A DNA stretch of 64,000 nucleotides from Longimicrobiales bacterium (GTDB taxonomy: Bacteria > Gemmatimonadota > Gemmatimonadetes > Longimicrobiales > Gaopeijiaceae). The position numbers and the translations under genes were made by a program. The notes beneath the pieces are model-generated. The model was not told where the DNA came from and searched no databases. It was given only the letters and a program-made list of their open reading frames with translations. The stretch spans positions 896,001 through 960,000 of the forward strand of contig OZ250165.1 of assembly GCA_965238005.1 (NCBI GenBank). Direction: 5' to 3'. The first letter of the stretch is position 1; each line of letters opens with the position of its first letter. Of the stretch, positions 40,155 to 49,976 are shown piece after piece.

Positions 40155-40271
40155 AGCCTGCTCCGGGGCTGGGAGTTGCGGAAGGCTCGGGACACGGTAT
40201 CCCTTCCTCGTAGGAGTTTAGGCGTATACTCGCGTGGCGAGCCGCGCCGAACAAGCCTGAATCGCTGCGGG

Positions 40272-40438
40272 CTCCCCGCCGATCACCACGGTCGTGTTCG
40301 GGCGGGGCGGGGCGCCCGTTCCATCGATCACTGTGGCGCCGATCAGCGCGATAGTGTTTTGGGCCCCCGGCGCTTACCGGCGCGAGCGCCATGAGTGCAG
40401 TCAGAACGAGTGGAGTGACATTCCACCTTGTGCCCCAA
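40272..40438 (-). pseudogene. N-terminal remnant of an amidohydrolase
   Basis: After removing an extra G from a G-run it reads PLVLTALMALAPVSAG-AQNTIALIGATVIDGTGAPPRPNTTVVIGG (signal peptide plus first beta strands), then homology stops. Confidence 0.65.
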
Positions 40439-40535
40439 AAAACTCCCCGGGCGTCATGAGAGGCGCGCTCACTGGCCGACGCACGGATCGGCCGGTACCT
40501 TCCCCAAAAATAACCCAGCGTCGAAGGAGACCAAG

Positions 40536-42134
40536 ATGCAGCGAGTCATGCAATTGGCCTTGATGGTAATGGTTGCTTTGATGGCCGTCCCCAAGGTGGC
40601 CACCACTCAGCAAGAGGAGGTGACGCCGGCCCCGGACCGAGCTGAGGGCGAAGGCCCGTTTGATCGGCTGGTGATCCGCGGGGCGATCGTCATCGATGGC
40701 ACGGGCGGGCCGCCCCGTGGACCGGTGGACATCGTCATCGAGAACAATCGCATCGCGCTCATCGTGGGCGTCGGGGCACCGGAAGTACCGATTGGCTCGA
40801 CGGGGCGACCGGAACCCGGCACGAAGGAGATCGACGCGGAGGGCATGTACGTACTGCCCGGTTTCGTGGATCTGCACCTCCACACCGGTGGGGTCCCGAA
40901 AGCGCCTGATGCCGAGTACGCCTACAAGCTGTGGATGGCCCATGGCGTAACGACTGGGCGCGGCGTGTCGTTTGGCGGGGTCGACTGGTCGCTCAAAGAG
41001 AAAGAGCGGAGCGCAGCGAACGCGATCACCGCCCCGCGGATGTGGGTATATCAGCGCCCTGGGCAGGGTTGGGACGGCGGTCCGATCAGAACCCCGGACG
41101 ACGCGCGAGCGTGGGTGCGATGGGCGGCCGACAAGGGCATCGACGGACTCAAGCTGGGCTCGCATCCCCCGGCGATCATGGCCGCCCTTCTCGACGAGGC
41201 GAAGAAGCATCAGTTGGGATCCACCGCCCACCTCGGGCAAACCGGTGTGGCCCAGATGAACGCAATCGATGCTGGGCGACTCGGGCTGGGTTCGGTCACG
41301 CACTACTACGGGCTCTTCGAGGCGCTCTACGACGACCACGACGTCCAACCGTGGCCTTCAGACATGAACTACGCGAACGAGCAACACCGCTTCGGCCAGG
41401 TGGCACGCCAGTGGAACATGATCCACCCGCCCGGCGGCGACGAGTGGCGCGCGTTGCTCGAGGAGCTGCTCGATCTGGACGTTACCCTCGACCCGACGAT
41501 GACCGCCTATATTGCCACCCGCGACGTGATGCGCGCGCGCACTGCCGATTGGCACGAGCAGTACACACTCCCATCGCTATGGGACTTTTATGAACCGAGC
41601 CGCACGAATCACGGCTCCTACTACTACCGCTGGACGTCCACCGATGAGGTGGCGTGGCGGAACTTCTATCGCGTTTGGATGCAGTTACTGGACGACTACA
41701 AGGACATGGGTGGTCGGGTGACCGTGAGCTCGGATGCCGGGTACACGTACAACCTGATGGGATTCTCAACGATCGAAGAGATGGAATTGCTAGAGGAAGC
41801 CGGATTTCATTCGTTGGAGGTCCTCCGCGGTGCGACCATGCATGGTGCAGAGACGCTGATGAAGCCCACCGGTAAGCCGATCGACTTCGGGATCGTCCGC
41901 GAAGGATTTCTTGCGGACCTCGTGTTGGTGGACGAGAATCCGATTGAGGACTTGAAGGTCCTTTACGGAACGGGAGTCGTGCGCCTCAACGACTCGACCG
42001 GTCAGGCCGAGCGCCGCGGCGGCATCATTTACACCATCAAGGACGGGATTGTCTACGACGCGAAGGCACTACTCGCGGACGTGGCTCGCATGGTGGAAAT
42101 GCAGAAACGCGAGAGGGGCATCGCCCTACCATAG
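40536..42134 (+). CDS. Secreted amidohydrolase
   Basis: AAGGAG RBS, VIDGTGGPP, GMYVLPGFVDLHLH, TAHL, THYYG, SSDAG, LADLVLVDENP. Confidence 0.88.
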   Translation: MQRVMQLALMVMVALMAVPKVATTQQEEVTPAPDRAEGEGPFDRLVIRGAIVIDGTGGPPRGPVDIVIENNRIALIVGVGAPEVPIGSTGRPEPGTKEIDAEGMYVLPGFVDLHLHTGGVPKAPDAEYAYKLWMAHGVTTGRGVSFGGVDWSLKEKERSAANAITAPRMWVYQRPGQGWDGGPIRTPDDARAWVRWAADKGIDGLKLGSHPPAIMAALLDEAKKHQLGSTAHLGQTGVAQMNAIDAGRLGLGSVTHYYGLFEALYDDHDVQPWPSDMNYANEQHRFGQVARQWNMIHPPGGDEWRALLEELLDLDVTLDPTMTAYIATRDVMRARTADWHEQYTLPSLWDFYEPSRTNHGSYYYRWTSTDEVAWRNFYRVWMQLLDDYKDMGGRVTVSSDAGYTYNLMGFSTIEEMELLEEAGFHSLEVLRGATMHGAETLMKPTGKPIDFGIVREGFLADLVLVDENPIEDLKVLYGTGVVRLNDSTGQAERRGGIIYTIKDGIVYDAKALLADVARMVEMQKRERGIALP

Positions 42135-42229
42135 GCGGGCTGGTGGATATGCCTGACACGAGCGCCGTGAGTCGGAGTTGAGTGTTGGCATTCTTGCGGT
42201 TGAACAGAAACCCGACAGCAGGAACGCTC

Positions 42230-45200
42230 ATGAACCGATCGAGGAGCACAGGACTCATCCTCTTGGTCGCATATAGCGTTTGCTTTCACAGCGCTGCAAC
42301 CGCACAAGCACCCGACCGGGAGACGATCTCGAAGGCCGTGGCCGGCCTAGGGCTTCGGAGCATCGGGCCCGCGGTCATGGGCGGGCGCATCGCGGACATC
42401 GCCGTACACCCACGAAATCGCAGCACCTGGTACGTGGCCGCGGGATCGGGAGGACTGTGGAAGACGACGAATGCCGGCATCACCTGGACGCCGGTCTTCG
42501 ACGAACAGCCGTCATATTCGATCGGTGCGGTCACCGTCGATCCCAGCAACCCCGATGTCGTGTGGGTCGGAACCGGTGAGAACGTGAGCGGCCGCCATGT
42601 GGGTTGGGGAGACGGCGTGTATCGAAGCCGCGATGGAGGGCGTACCTGGCAGCGGATGGGGCTCGAGACATCGGAGCATATCGGAAAGATTCTGGTCGAC
42701 CCGCGCGATGGCGACGTGGTCTTCGTCGCGGCCGAGGGGCCGCTCTGGTCGGCAGGTGGTGAGCGCGGTCTCTACAAGACGACCGACGGAGGCGCTACGT
42801 GGACCGCAGTGGTCGAGATCGACGAGAACACCGGCGTTACTGATGTCGAGTTCGATCCCTCGAATCCCGACGTGTTGTACGCGGCCGCGTATCAACGGCG
42901 GCGTCACATATGGTCGCTCCTCGCCGGAGGCCCGGAGTCCGGCATCTACAAGTCCACCGATGGGGGCGAGAGTTGGCGGCGTATTGACGTGGGCCTACCG
43001 AAGGGCGACATGGGGAAGATCGGTCTCGCGGTGACCGCCGCGGACCCAGACGTGGTCTACGCCACCATCGAAGCAAACGACGAAGAGCGGGGCTTCTACC
43101 GATCTCTGGACAAGGGAGAGAGCTGGGAGCGTCGTAATTCCTACATCTCGGGTGGAACCGGTCCACACTACTACCAAGAGATCGAAGCCTCACCGCAAGA
43201 CCCCGGTCTCGTGTATCAGATGGATGTCTTTCTCCACGTCACGCGGGATGGAGGCGCGAGCTTCGACAACCTGGGCACGGGACGCGAAAAGCATAGCGAC
43301 AACCACGCGATGTGGATCGACCCGGACAACGGGAACCACCTCCTCGTGGGAACCGATGCCGGTCTCTCTGAGACGTTCGACGAGGGTACGAAATGGCGTC
43401 ATTTCCCGAACCTTCCCCTTTCCCAGTTCTACAAGCTCGCCCTCGATAACTCGGTACCGTTTTACAACGTGCTCGGTGGGGCGCAGGACGAGGGCACGCT
43501 GCTCGGACCAACGCGCACGATGAACGTGGAGGGGGTGCGCAACCGCGACTGGTACGCCCCCATGGGTGCTGACGGTTATGGCGTCGCCTTCGACCCGGAA
43601 GATCCGAACACGCTCTACCTGGAGACCCAGCAGGGGAACTTGTACCGGGTCGACCGGCGAAGCGAGGAGGCGCTGGACATTCAGCCCCAGCCCGCTCCCG
43701 GCGACCCGGCCGAGCGCTGGAATTGGGACGCACCGATCCTCGTGAGCCCGCACGCGGCGAGCCGGCTCTACTTCGGTTCGCAGCGGCTCTGGCGGAGCGA
43801 CGATCGGGGAAATTCGTGGACTCCGATCAGCGATGACCTCACGCGTAACCAAAACCGCTACGAGCTCGAGTTGATGGGACGCGTGTGGAGTGTGGACGCC
43901 CTCTACGACAACGGTGCGATGTCGAAGTACGCCACGATCACCGCCATCTCGGAATCGCCGGTCACCGAGGGTGTGCTCTATGTCGGCTCCGATGACGGAC
44001 TGATACACCTGAGCGAAGACGGAGGGCAGAGCTGGACCGCCGCCCAGAGTCTCCCCGCGGTTCCGGAGCTTTCCTTTATTAACGATGTCGAGGCCTCTCA
44101 GCACGAAGCCGGGACGGTCTTTGCCATCGCGGATGCGCACAAGACCGGCGACTTCAGCCCCTACGTCTTCGAGAGCGCTGACCGGGGTCGCACCTGGCGC
44201 TCGATCAGCGGCGATCTTCCCGCGGGCACCATCGTATGGGCCCTGCAGCAAGACCACGAGAACCCTGATCTGCTCTTCATCGCCGCGGAGTTCGGGCTCT
44301 ACTTCACACCGAATCGCAGAACGAACTGGTTCAAACTGAGCGGCGCCCCCACGATCGCGTTTCGTGACCTCGAGCTCCAACGGAGGGTTGGGGACCTGGT
44401 CGGCGCAACCTTCGGACGGGGGTTCTACGTTTTGGACGATTACTCGCCGCTCCGCGACATCGCGGCCGGAGCCCTAGCTGGGAGCTACCTCTTTCCCGTG
44501 CGCGATGTCTGGTGGTACGTCGCCAACGTTCCCATGCTAGCGCGAGGCAAGCCCACGCTCGGCAGCACCGACTATACGGCGCCCAATCCTCCGTTCGGAG
44601 CGACCTTCACGTACTACCTGAGTGAAGTCCCCTCGACAGAGCGTGAAGCACGTCGCACCACCGAGCGTGAGCGGCGCGAGCGGGGGGAAGACCTGTCGTT
44701 CCCCGGCTACGAGCGTCTCATGCGGGAGGCGATGGAGGGAAAGCCGCGCGTGCTCGTGATAGTGCGTGATGAGCAGGGAGAGCCCGTGCGCTGGGTCGAG
44801 GGACCAGCCGAAGTTGGATTACACCGTGTGAGTTGGGATCTCCGCGGGCCTCCCCCGGACCCGGTGGATCTGACTACGCCTGGGTTCGTGCCACCCTGGA
44901 TAGACGCACCGCAGGGCCCGCTCGTTGCGCCGGGGTCTTACGGAGCCGAGTTAACTCTCCTCACGAGTGCCGGCGTGCAGTCGCTCGGAACCCCTCGAGC
45001 GTTCGAGGTGAAACCCCTGCCCACTGCTCCTCCCGGCACGGACTTCAACATCGTGGTTGCGTTCCAACGCGAGGCCGGTGAGCTGATGCGACGCGTGGCC
45101 GGTGCCGGCGAAGAGATCGGACGGGTGCAGGACCAGCTCCGACACATGAGAGCGGCCTTGCTCGAGACGCCCCGCGCAGACCCGGCCCTCTTCGCTCGTC

Positions 45201-45505
45201 TCGACGCGCTCGGTGCGAGGTTGGACAACTTGCGCACCAGGCTCTCGGAAGACCGGGTTCGTGCGGGGCTCAACGAGACGAGCGTGCCCTCGATCAGCAA
45301 TCGCGTGGAGCGGGTCGTGAATGGGCATTGGAATACCCGGCAGACACCGACAGCGACGCACAGACGGAATCTCGAGATCGCCCGCGACGAGTTCGAGGAG
45401 CTACGCCGGGATCTGTCCGCCCTGATTGAAACTGACCTGTCGCAGCTGGAAGCGGAGCTCGAGGCGGCGGGGGCGCCGTGGACGCCGGGGCTGAGTCTTC
45501 AGTAG
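42230..45505 (+). CDS. VPS10/BNR glycosyl-hydrolase-like protein with C-terminal helical extension
   Basis: RSIGPAVMGGRIADI, VWVGTGEN, repeated SxDGGxTW, TFGRGFYVLDD, YTAPNPP. Confidence 0.88.
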   Translation: MNRSRSTGLILLVAYSVCFHSAATAQAPDRETISKAVAGLGLRSIGPAVMGGRIADIAVHPRNRSTWYVAAGSGGLWKTTNAGITWTPVFDEQPSYSIGAVTVDPSNPDVVWVGTGENVSGRHVGWGDGVYRSRDGGRTWQRMGLETSEHIGKILVDPRDGDVVFVAAEGPLWSAGGERGLYKTTDGGATWTAVVEIDENTGVTDVEFDPSNPDVLYAAAYQRRRHIWSLLAGGPESGIYKSTDGGESWRRIDVGLPKGDMGKIGLAVTAADPDVVYATIEANDEERGFYRSLDKGESWERRNSYISGGTGPHYYQEIEASPQDPGLVYQMDVFLHVTRDGGASFDNLGTGREKHSDNHAMWIDPDNGNHLLVGTDAGLSETFDEGTKWRHFPNLPLSQFYKLALDNSVPFYNVLGGAQDEGTLLGPTRTMNVEGVRNRDWYAPMGADGYGVAFDPEDPNTLYLETQQGNLYRVDRRSEEALDIQPQPAPGDPAERWNWDAPILVSPHAASRLYFGSQRLWRSDDRGNSWTPISDDLTRNQNRYELELMGRVWSVDALYDNGAMSKYATITAISESPVTEGVLYVGSDDGLIHLSEDGGQSWTAAQSLPAVPELSFINDVEASQHEAGTVFAIADAHKTGDFSPYVFESADRGRTWRSISGDLPAGTIVWALQQDHENPDLLFIAAEFGLYFTPNRRTNWFKLSGAPTIAFRDLELQRRVGDLVGATFGRGFYVLDDYSPLRDIAAGALAGSYLFPVRDVWWYVANVPMLARGKPTLGSTDYTAPNPPFGATFTYYLSEVPSTEREARRTTERERRERGEDLSFPGYERLMREAMEGKPRVLVIVRDEQGEPVRWVEGPAEVGLHRVSWDLRGPPPDPVDLTTPGFVPPWIDAPQGPLVAPGSYGAELTLLTSAGVQSLGTPRAFEVKPLPTAPPGTDFNIVVAFQREAGELMRRVAGAGEEIGRVQDQLRHMRAALLETPRADPALFARLDALGARLDNLRTRLSEDRVRAGLNETSVPSISNRVERVVNGHWNTRQTPTATHRRNLEIARDEFEELRRDLSALIETDLSQLEAELEAAGAPWTPGLSLQ

Positions 45506-45596
45506 GTGATCGAATCCGAGCTCGGTCTGGGGTGGGGCGCGGGTGGGGGTCAGGGGAGGAGGCCGGCTGGGAAGATCGAGTCTTTGACACCCGGCT

Positions 45597-45818
45597 TCAG
45601 GCATCTCCTTCGTGCACCCTCAAAGCCTGATCCAACAGCGCCTCGAGCTCCTCGTCGGTGAAGTTGTCCAGGTCCGTTTGGCGCTCCGCCAGCACGATAC
45701 GCTGTTCGGCGCCACAAGTGAAGACGAGAACGGACGAGCCCGCCTCCACCCGGGGTCCACGCCTCAGCACCCAGACCTTCCCATCCCTACGGTCGGTCCA
45801 ACTCCTGGTGCGTTCCAT
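45597..45818 (-). CDS. Small hypothetical protein (73 aa), WTD..G..W...LVF...DEELEALLD pattern
   Basis: Compact ORF downstream of the cyclase gene. The pattern resembles small hypothetical proteins I associate with Gemmatimonadota. Confidence 0.6.
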   Translation of the reverse strand: MERTRSWTDRRDGKVWVLRRGPRVEAGSSVLVFTCGAEQRIVLAERQTDLDNFTDEELEALLDQALRVHEGDA

Positions 45819-45822
45819 CTCA

Positions 45823-45946
45823 TCACTCCCGCGCCTCGTCCAGCAGCGCCTCGAGTTCGGTTTCGCTCAGTCCCTGCCTGACTGAGACGTTTGTGAGACC
45901 AACGACCTCCGAGTTGGCCAGATCCAGGATGTACAGTCACCCTCAT
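45823..45946 (-). pseudogene. Frameshifted ~40-aa ORF ending LSETELEALLDEARE*
   Basis: Strong RBS before ATG 45946. The ATG-to-stop span is 124 bp (one extra base, probably in a GGG run). It shares the ELEALLD motif with the next ORF. Confidence 0.45.
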
Positions 45947-45962
45947 TCCCTCTCCCTCTCGC

Positions 45963-48900
45963 TCAGGCCGATCCGGCGAAAGCAGGGGGATCGGCGCCCA
46001 CCTCAGTGAACTGCACGCGGGTCTTTTCCAGCTCCTTCGTGCACCCAAGCCATGCGAAGGTCGCATGGACTGTGCGGAGCTCTCGAAGCGCTCCCTCGTG
46101 GTCTCCGATTTCGGCAAGGCGCCCGGCGAATATTCGCCGAAGTCGCGTGGCGTCCCACCTCATCGGGATAGCGTCGAGCTCGTCTGCGGCGTGGCGGAGG
46201 AGAGCGGCACCCTGTTCGCTGTCGCCGTCCAGCCAGGCTATCAGGGCGTCGCAAGCATCCGCCCAGGCCAGCCCGAGTCGATGTCCCACCGGTGCCGACA
46301 GGGTTCGCAGCCGGTCTCTGATCTGCTTGGCCCGTCCCAGGTCGCGAGACTCTATGTAGGCCTCGCCGACGAGCGGGAGGAGCCGATGGATGCTCCACGT
46401 GCCATAGCCACTCCGATCAGCGATGGCCAAGCCAGCCTCCCCGACACGGATTGCCTTCTCCCATTCATCGACTGCGAGGTGATACGCCACCCGCCCTATG
46501 TGAGCCGGAACGACCGTGTGGACGTCCACGAACTGTCGTCGGCCTGCGGCCTTGCCCGCCTGCGACACCTCCCAAGCCTCATCGGTCAGCTCTTTGGCCC
46601 GCTCGATATCACCGCGGCCGATATAGATGAGGGAAAGCCATACCAGGAGTCGTGGCAGGAGCGTCCTCTGATGGAGAGAGCGAGCGAGATTTATTGCCGA
46701 CTCTCCATGCTTAATGCCGGCATCCCAATCTCCGAAGCAGTACGCGTGCTCGATGGCGAGCTCGGCCGTCCAAAGCCGTAGCACCGGTGAGCCGACCTTC
46801 TCGGCGATCACGCTCAATTCCTTTGTGCGATCTGCGATCTCCCGAGTGTTGCCTCTCATTCCCTCCATTACGCCTATCGCCCAGTGGCTCCAAAAGACAA
46901 CACCTGGATCGCCACACTCCTCCGCAAGGGGCAGTGCCTCGTCGCTGTGGTGCCTGACCTGGTCATAGGCCCCCTGCCACAGATGCAGGCGGGCCAATGA
47001 GCTGTGTGCGCGGGCGAGCAGGGGCACGTCGCCATGTTTCTTCGCGATCTGTAACGATTCCTCAGCGGCCTGACGTGCTTCGGATCCCTGTCCCGCCTGC
47101 TGGTAGCAGAGGCTCGATGCCAGGTCGATGCGAGCAATCATCAGCTCGGCGCCTGCCGATCGAGCCACCGCTAGCCCCTTCTGGAACGCCTCTTGCGCCT
47201 CCTCAAGCCGGTCAGCCCAGAAAAGGGATAGCCCCATCTGGCGATGGGTGCCGGCCACATTCGGCTTATCGCCCGTGGTCTCGGCGTCCGAAAGGGCCCG
47301 CCTCCAGAGCTTGATGCTCACTTCATAGTTCCCCAACCGTGTCTCGGCTCTGGCCAGGCTCCTGACGACGTCCGTCACGTGAACGCGCTCATCGATCTCC
47401 TCGCTAGTTGTTCCGGAGTGATGCTGGTCGATTCGGGAGAGAGCCTCCCACAGATGTTTTGCGGCCTCGCGGTTGGCGTGTCGCAATACGGCGTCTCGGC
47501 CGGCGAGGGCTAGATAGCGAACCGCCTTTGCGCCGGCGGAACCACCTCCGGCCCGTGCAAAGTGGTGGGCGAGCTCGGAGGCGTGACTATCCGCGCGACC
47601 CCCGTAGTGTCGCTCGAGCGCACTTGCCACATGGCCATGCGATGAGCGCCGTTTCGCCAGCGAGAGCTCGGAAAGAATCGTCTCTCTGATCAGCGGGTGA
47701 CTGAAGTCGTAAACAACGGACTGATCCACCTGGGCCTCAACCAAGATCTGGTGCTGCCGAAGATCGTCCAGAGCCTGCACGAGCTCGGCCTCCCCTAAAT
47801 CGCACACGGACCCTAGGACGTCGTGTGGAGCTCGGGTACCGAGTACCGATGCGTAGTCGGCTACTTCCCGGGCGCTCGGCGTCAGCCGCTCAACTCGGAG
47901 GAGCACGTCATCCCGCACTGTTCTCGGGAGCTGGAGTTGTTCAACGTCCCATCCACCCCACCGTTCGCCAGCCATGAACAGGTGCCCGTCCTCGATCAGG
48001 GTCCGGAGCGTGCCCTCGAGGAACAATGGGTTGCCGGCGGTCCAGGAAAAGAGCCTGGCGGCAAACTGGCGGACGGCCTGATCCTCCGTGTCGAAGGTTC
48101 CTCGGACGAGATCCTCCGTGTGTTGAGCGGTAAGGGGGCGGAGCTCCATCACCGTGGCCACATTGATTCTGACGAGCGACCGCTCTGCCGCTCGCAGGGA
48201 GCGGTGTCGCTCTGGCTGCGTATCGCTGTACTGACAGATGAGGAGGATCGAAGAGTCGGCCGTTTGGCGCGCGAGAAAGTGAAGACACTCGATCGACGTC
48301 TCGTCCGCCCACTGGAGATCCTCGAGGATGACAAGCAAAGGCTGATGCTCAGCGAGGCGCGAAAGAAGGGTAGCGAGGCGAGCAAAAAGTCGCGCCTCGA
48401 GTTCGGTCGGATCTGCGTACTGGAGGCTGGGATCCGAGGGGCGAGGTCCCAGGGTGGGAAAGAGGCTATAGAGGAGACTCTCATCCCCCATAAGTGTCGC
48501 TCGGAGTGAGGGGTCAATGCCACGAAGGATGGGGAGGAAGGCGTCTGAGAGTGGAGCGAATGAGATGGCTCGCTCCGCAGGGTACGCTCGACCGAGAGTA
48601 ATCAGCCAGCCCCTCTCGCGAGCGTGCTCCGCCACAGCCTCCGCGAGACGGGACTTGCCAACGCCGCGATCGCCGCTGATGAAGACCGCTCCGCCCCTTC
48701 CTGCCTCGACATCATCCAGGAGGGAGCGGAGCACTTCCATTTCCGCCTCGCGGCCTGTGAGAGGTAGTGGACGCGGGAGCACCCTGGCCTCTCGAACTCG
48801 GTGGACCGGTTGCTGTCGTATCCTGTCCAGATGGGCTTGCAGAGATCGTGGTAACGCGGGCTCCCTGACAGTGTCGGGCCCGGTGCCGTGCTCCGTCAGC

Positions 48901-49424
48901 TCAGTCGGTCGAGGGACTTCAATGCCCTCGGCGAGAATGGCGTAGATGTCGACGGCATCCGGGACGTTCTTCAACTCGTAGGAGCCCAGTCAAACGGCTG
49001 TCAGCTCCGGGTGGTTCCTGATCTCTTCGGCGATCTTCCCGGAGATCAGGATCCCACCAGGGATGGACAGGTCTTCGATTCGTGCAGCAATGTTGACTGC
49101 ATCGCCGTAGGCTCCCTGTTCGTCATAGGCGATATCACCCAGGTGAAGGCCGACACGAACAGGGAGCTTCGGGGGAGACTGGAGCTCACGTTGGATCTCG
49201 ATTGAAGCCGTTACGCCCTCAACTGCGCTCCGGAAGATGCTCAGGCTTCCGTCGCCGAAGTATTGGAGTAGCTCACCACCTAGCCTAGGAAGTGTCTTCT
49301 CCAGGACCTGGCGATGTCTTTTCCGTGCCGCCAAGCCAGCTTTCTCATCCTTCGCGATGAGTGCTGTGTAGCCGACCAAATCGGTGAACATTACGGCGGC
49401 GAGGTGCCGAGTGAGTTCCGTCAT
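45963..49424 (-). pseudogene. Class III nucleotide cyclase-AAA (STAND)-TPR protein interrupted by one in-frame TGA
   Basis: AVMFTDLVGYT, QYFGDG, YGDAVNIAARIE, then TAV*LGSYELKNV (TGA at 48990-48992), Walker A GDRGVGKS, Walker B VILEDLQWAD, AGNPLFL, FSHPLIRE and helical repeats. 1154 codons in one frame. Confidence 0.85.
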
Positions 49425-49470
49425 GAGTAGAAGAGGTCGTCGCTGGGCGAGACACTTTGATAACGGGACA

Positions 49471-49745
49471 CTAGAACGCGAGCCCCGACCCGAAGTAGAG
49501 CGCCGAGCGTCCCTCGCTCCTCGCGATGGAGATCCGAAAGGTGGTCGAGCGGGTCACCGGGGCGATCCAGATCCCGCCCCCGAGGGAGTATGCCACTCGT
49601 CCGAAGGGAGACCGTCCGCGAACACGCGCCCTGCGTCCGCAAACCCCAAGATGCCGCATTCGGCGGGAAAGAAGAAGAAGAAATGCGCGAGGAAGAGCCT
49701 CAGCCCTGACCGCGAGCGTCGGGTTACCTCCGCTCGGCGACATTG
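49471..49745 (-). pseudogene. Decayed C-terminal fragment of a BamA/TamA (Omp85)-like outer-membrane barrel
   Basis: Pieces SPSGGNPTLAVRA / LRLFLAHFFFFFPAECGILGFADAGRVFADGLPSDEWHT / SLGGGIWIAPV...LYFGSGLAF* in alternating frames, ending in terminal Phe. Confidence 0.65.
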
Positions 49746-49976
49746 GGTCTGATCCACCTCGTAGAAGCTGGACGATGCCGTTCGACTGGTTTCGTTTCCC
49801 AGCTCATAGAAGTCGGGACACTACGCCGGCGCTCAAGGGTGCGGCCTGGCGCTATCTCATGTTCAAGGTGAGGGCACCCCAGAACCCATGCAAGGGAATC
49901 CCCACCTCTGGCCCCCCCACCTTCGACGTTTGTAGCTTCCGATCGCTCTGAACAGGCTCGCGAATACGGAGAACCC

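Noticed and set aside
48950..48992. Selenocysteine decoding of the in-frame TGA
   Set aside because: The position is not a Cys/redox site in class III cyclases and no convincing bacterial SECIS hairpin follows.
49750..49976. c-di-AMP (ydaO) riboswitch upstream of trkAH
   Set aside because: Consensus elements are not recognisable.
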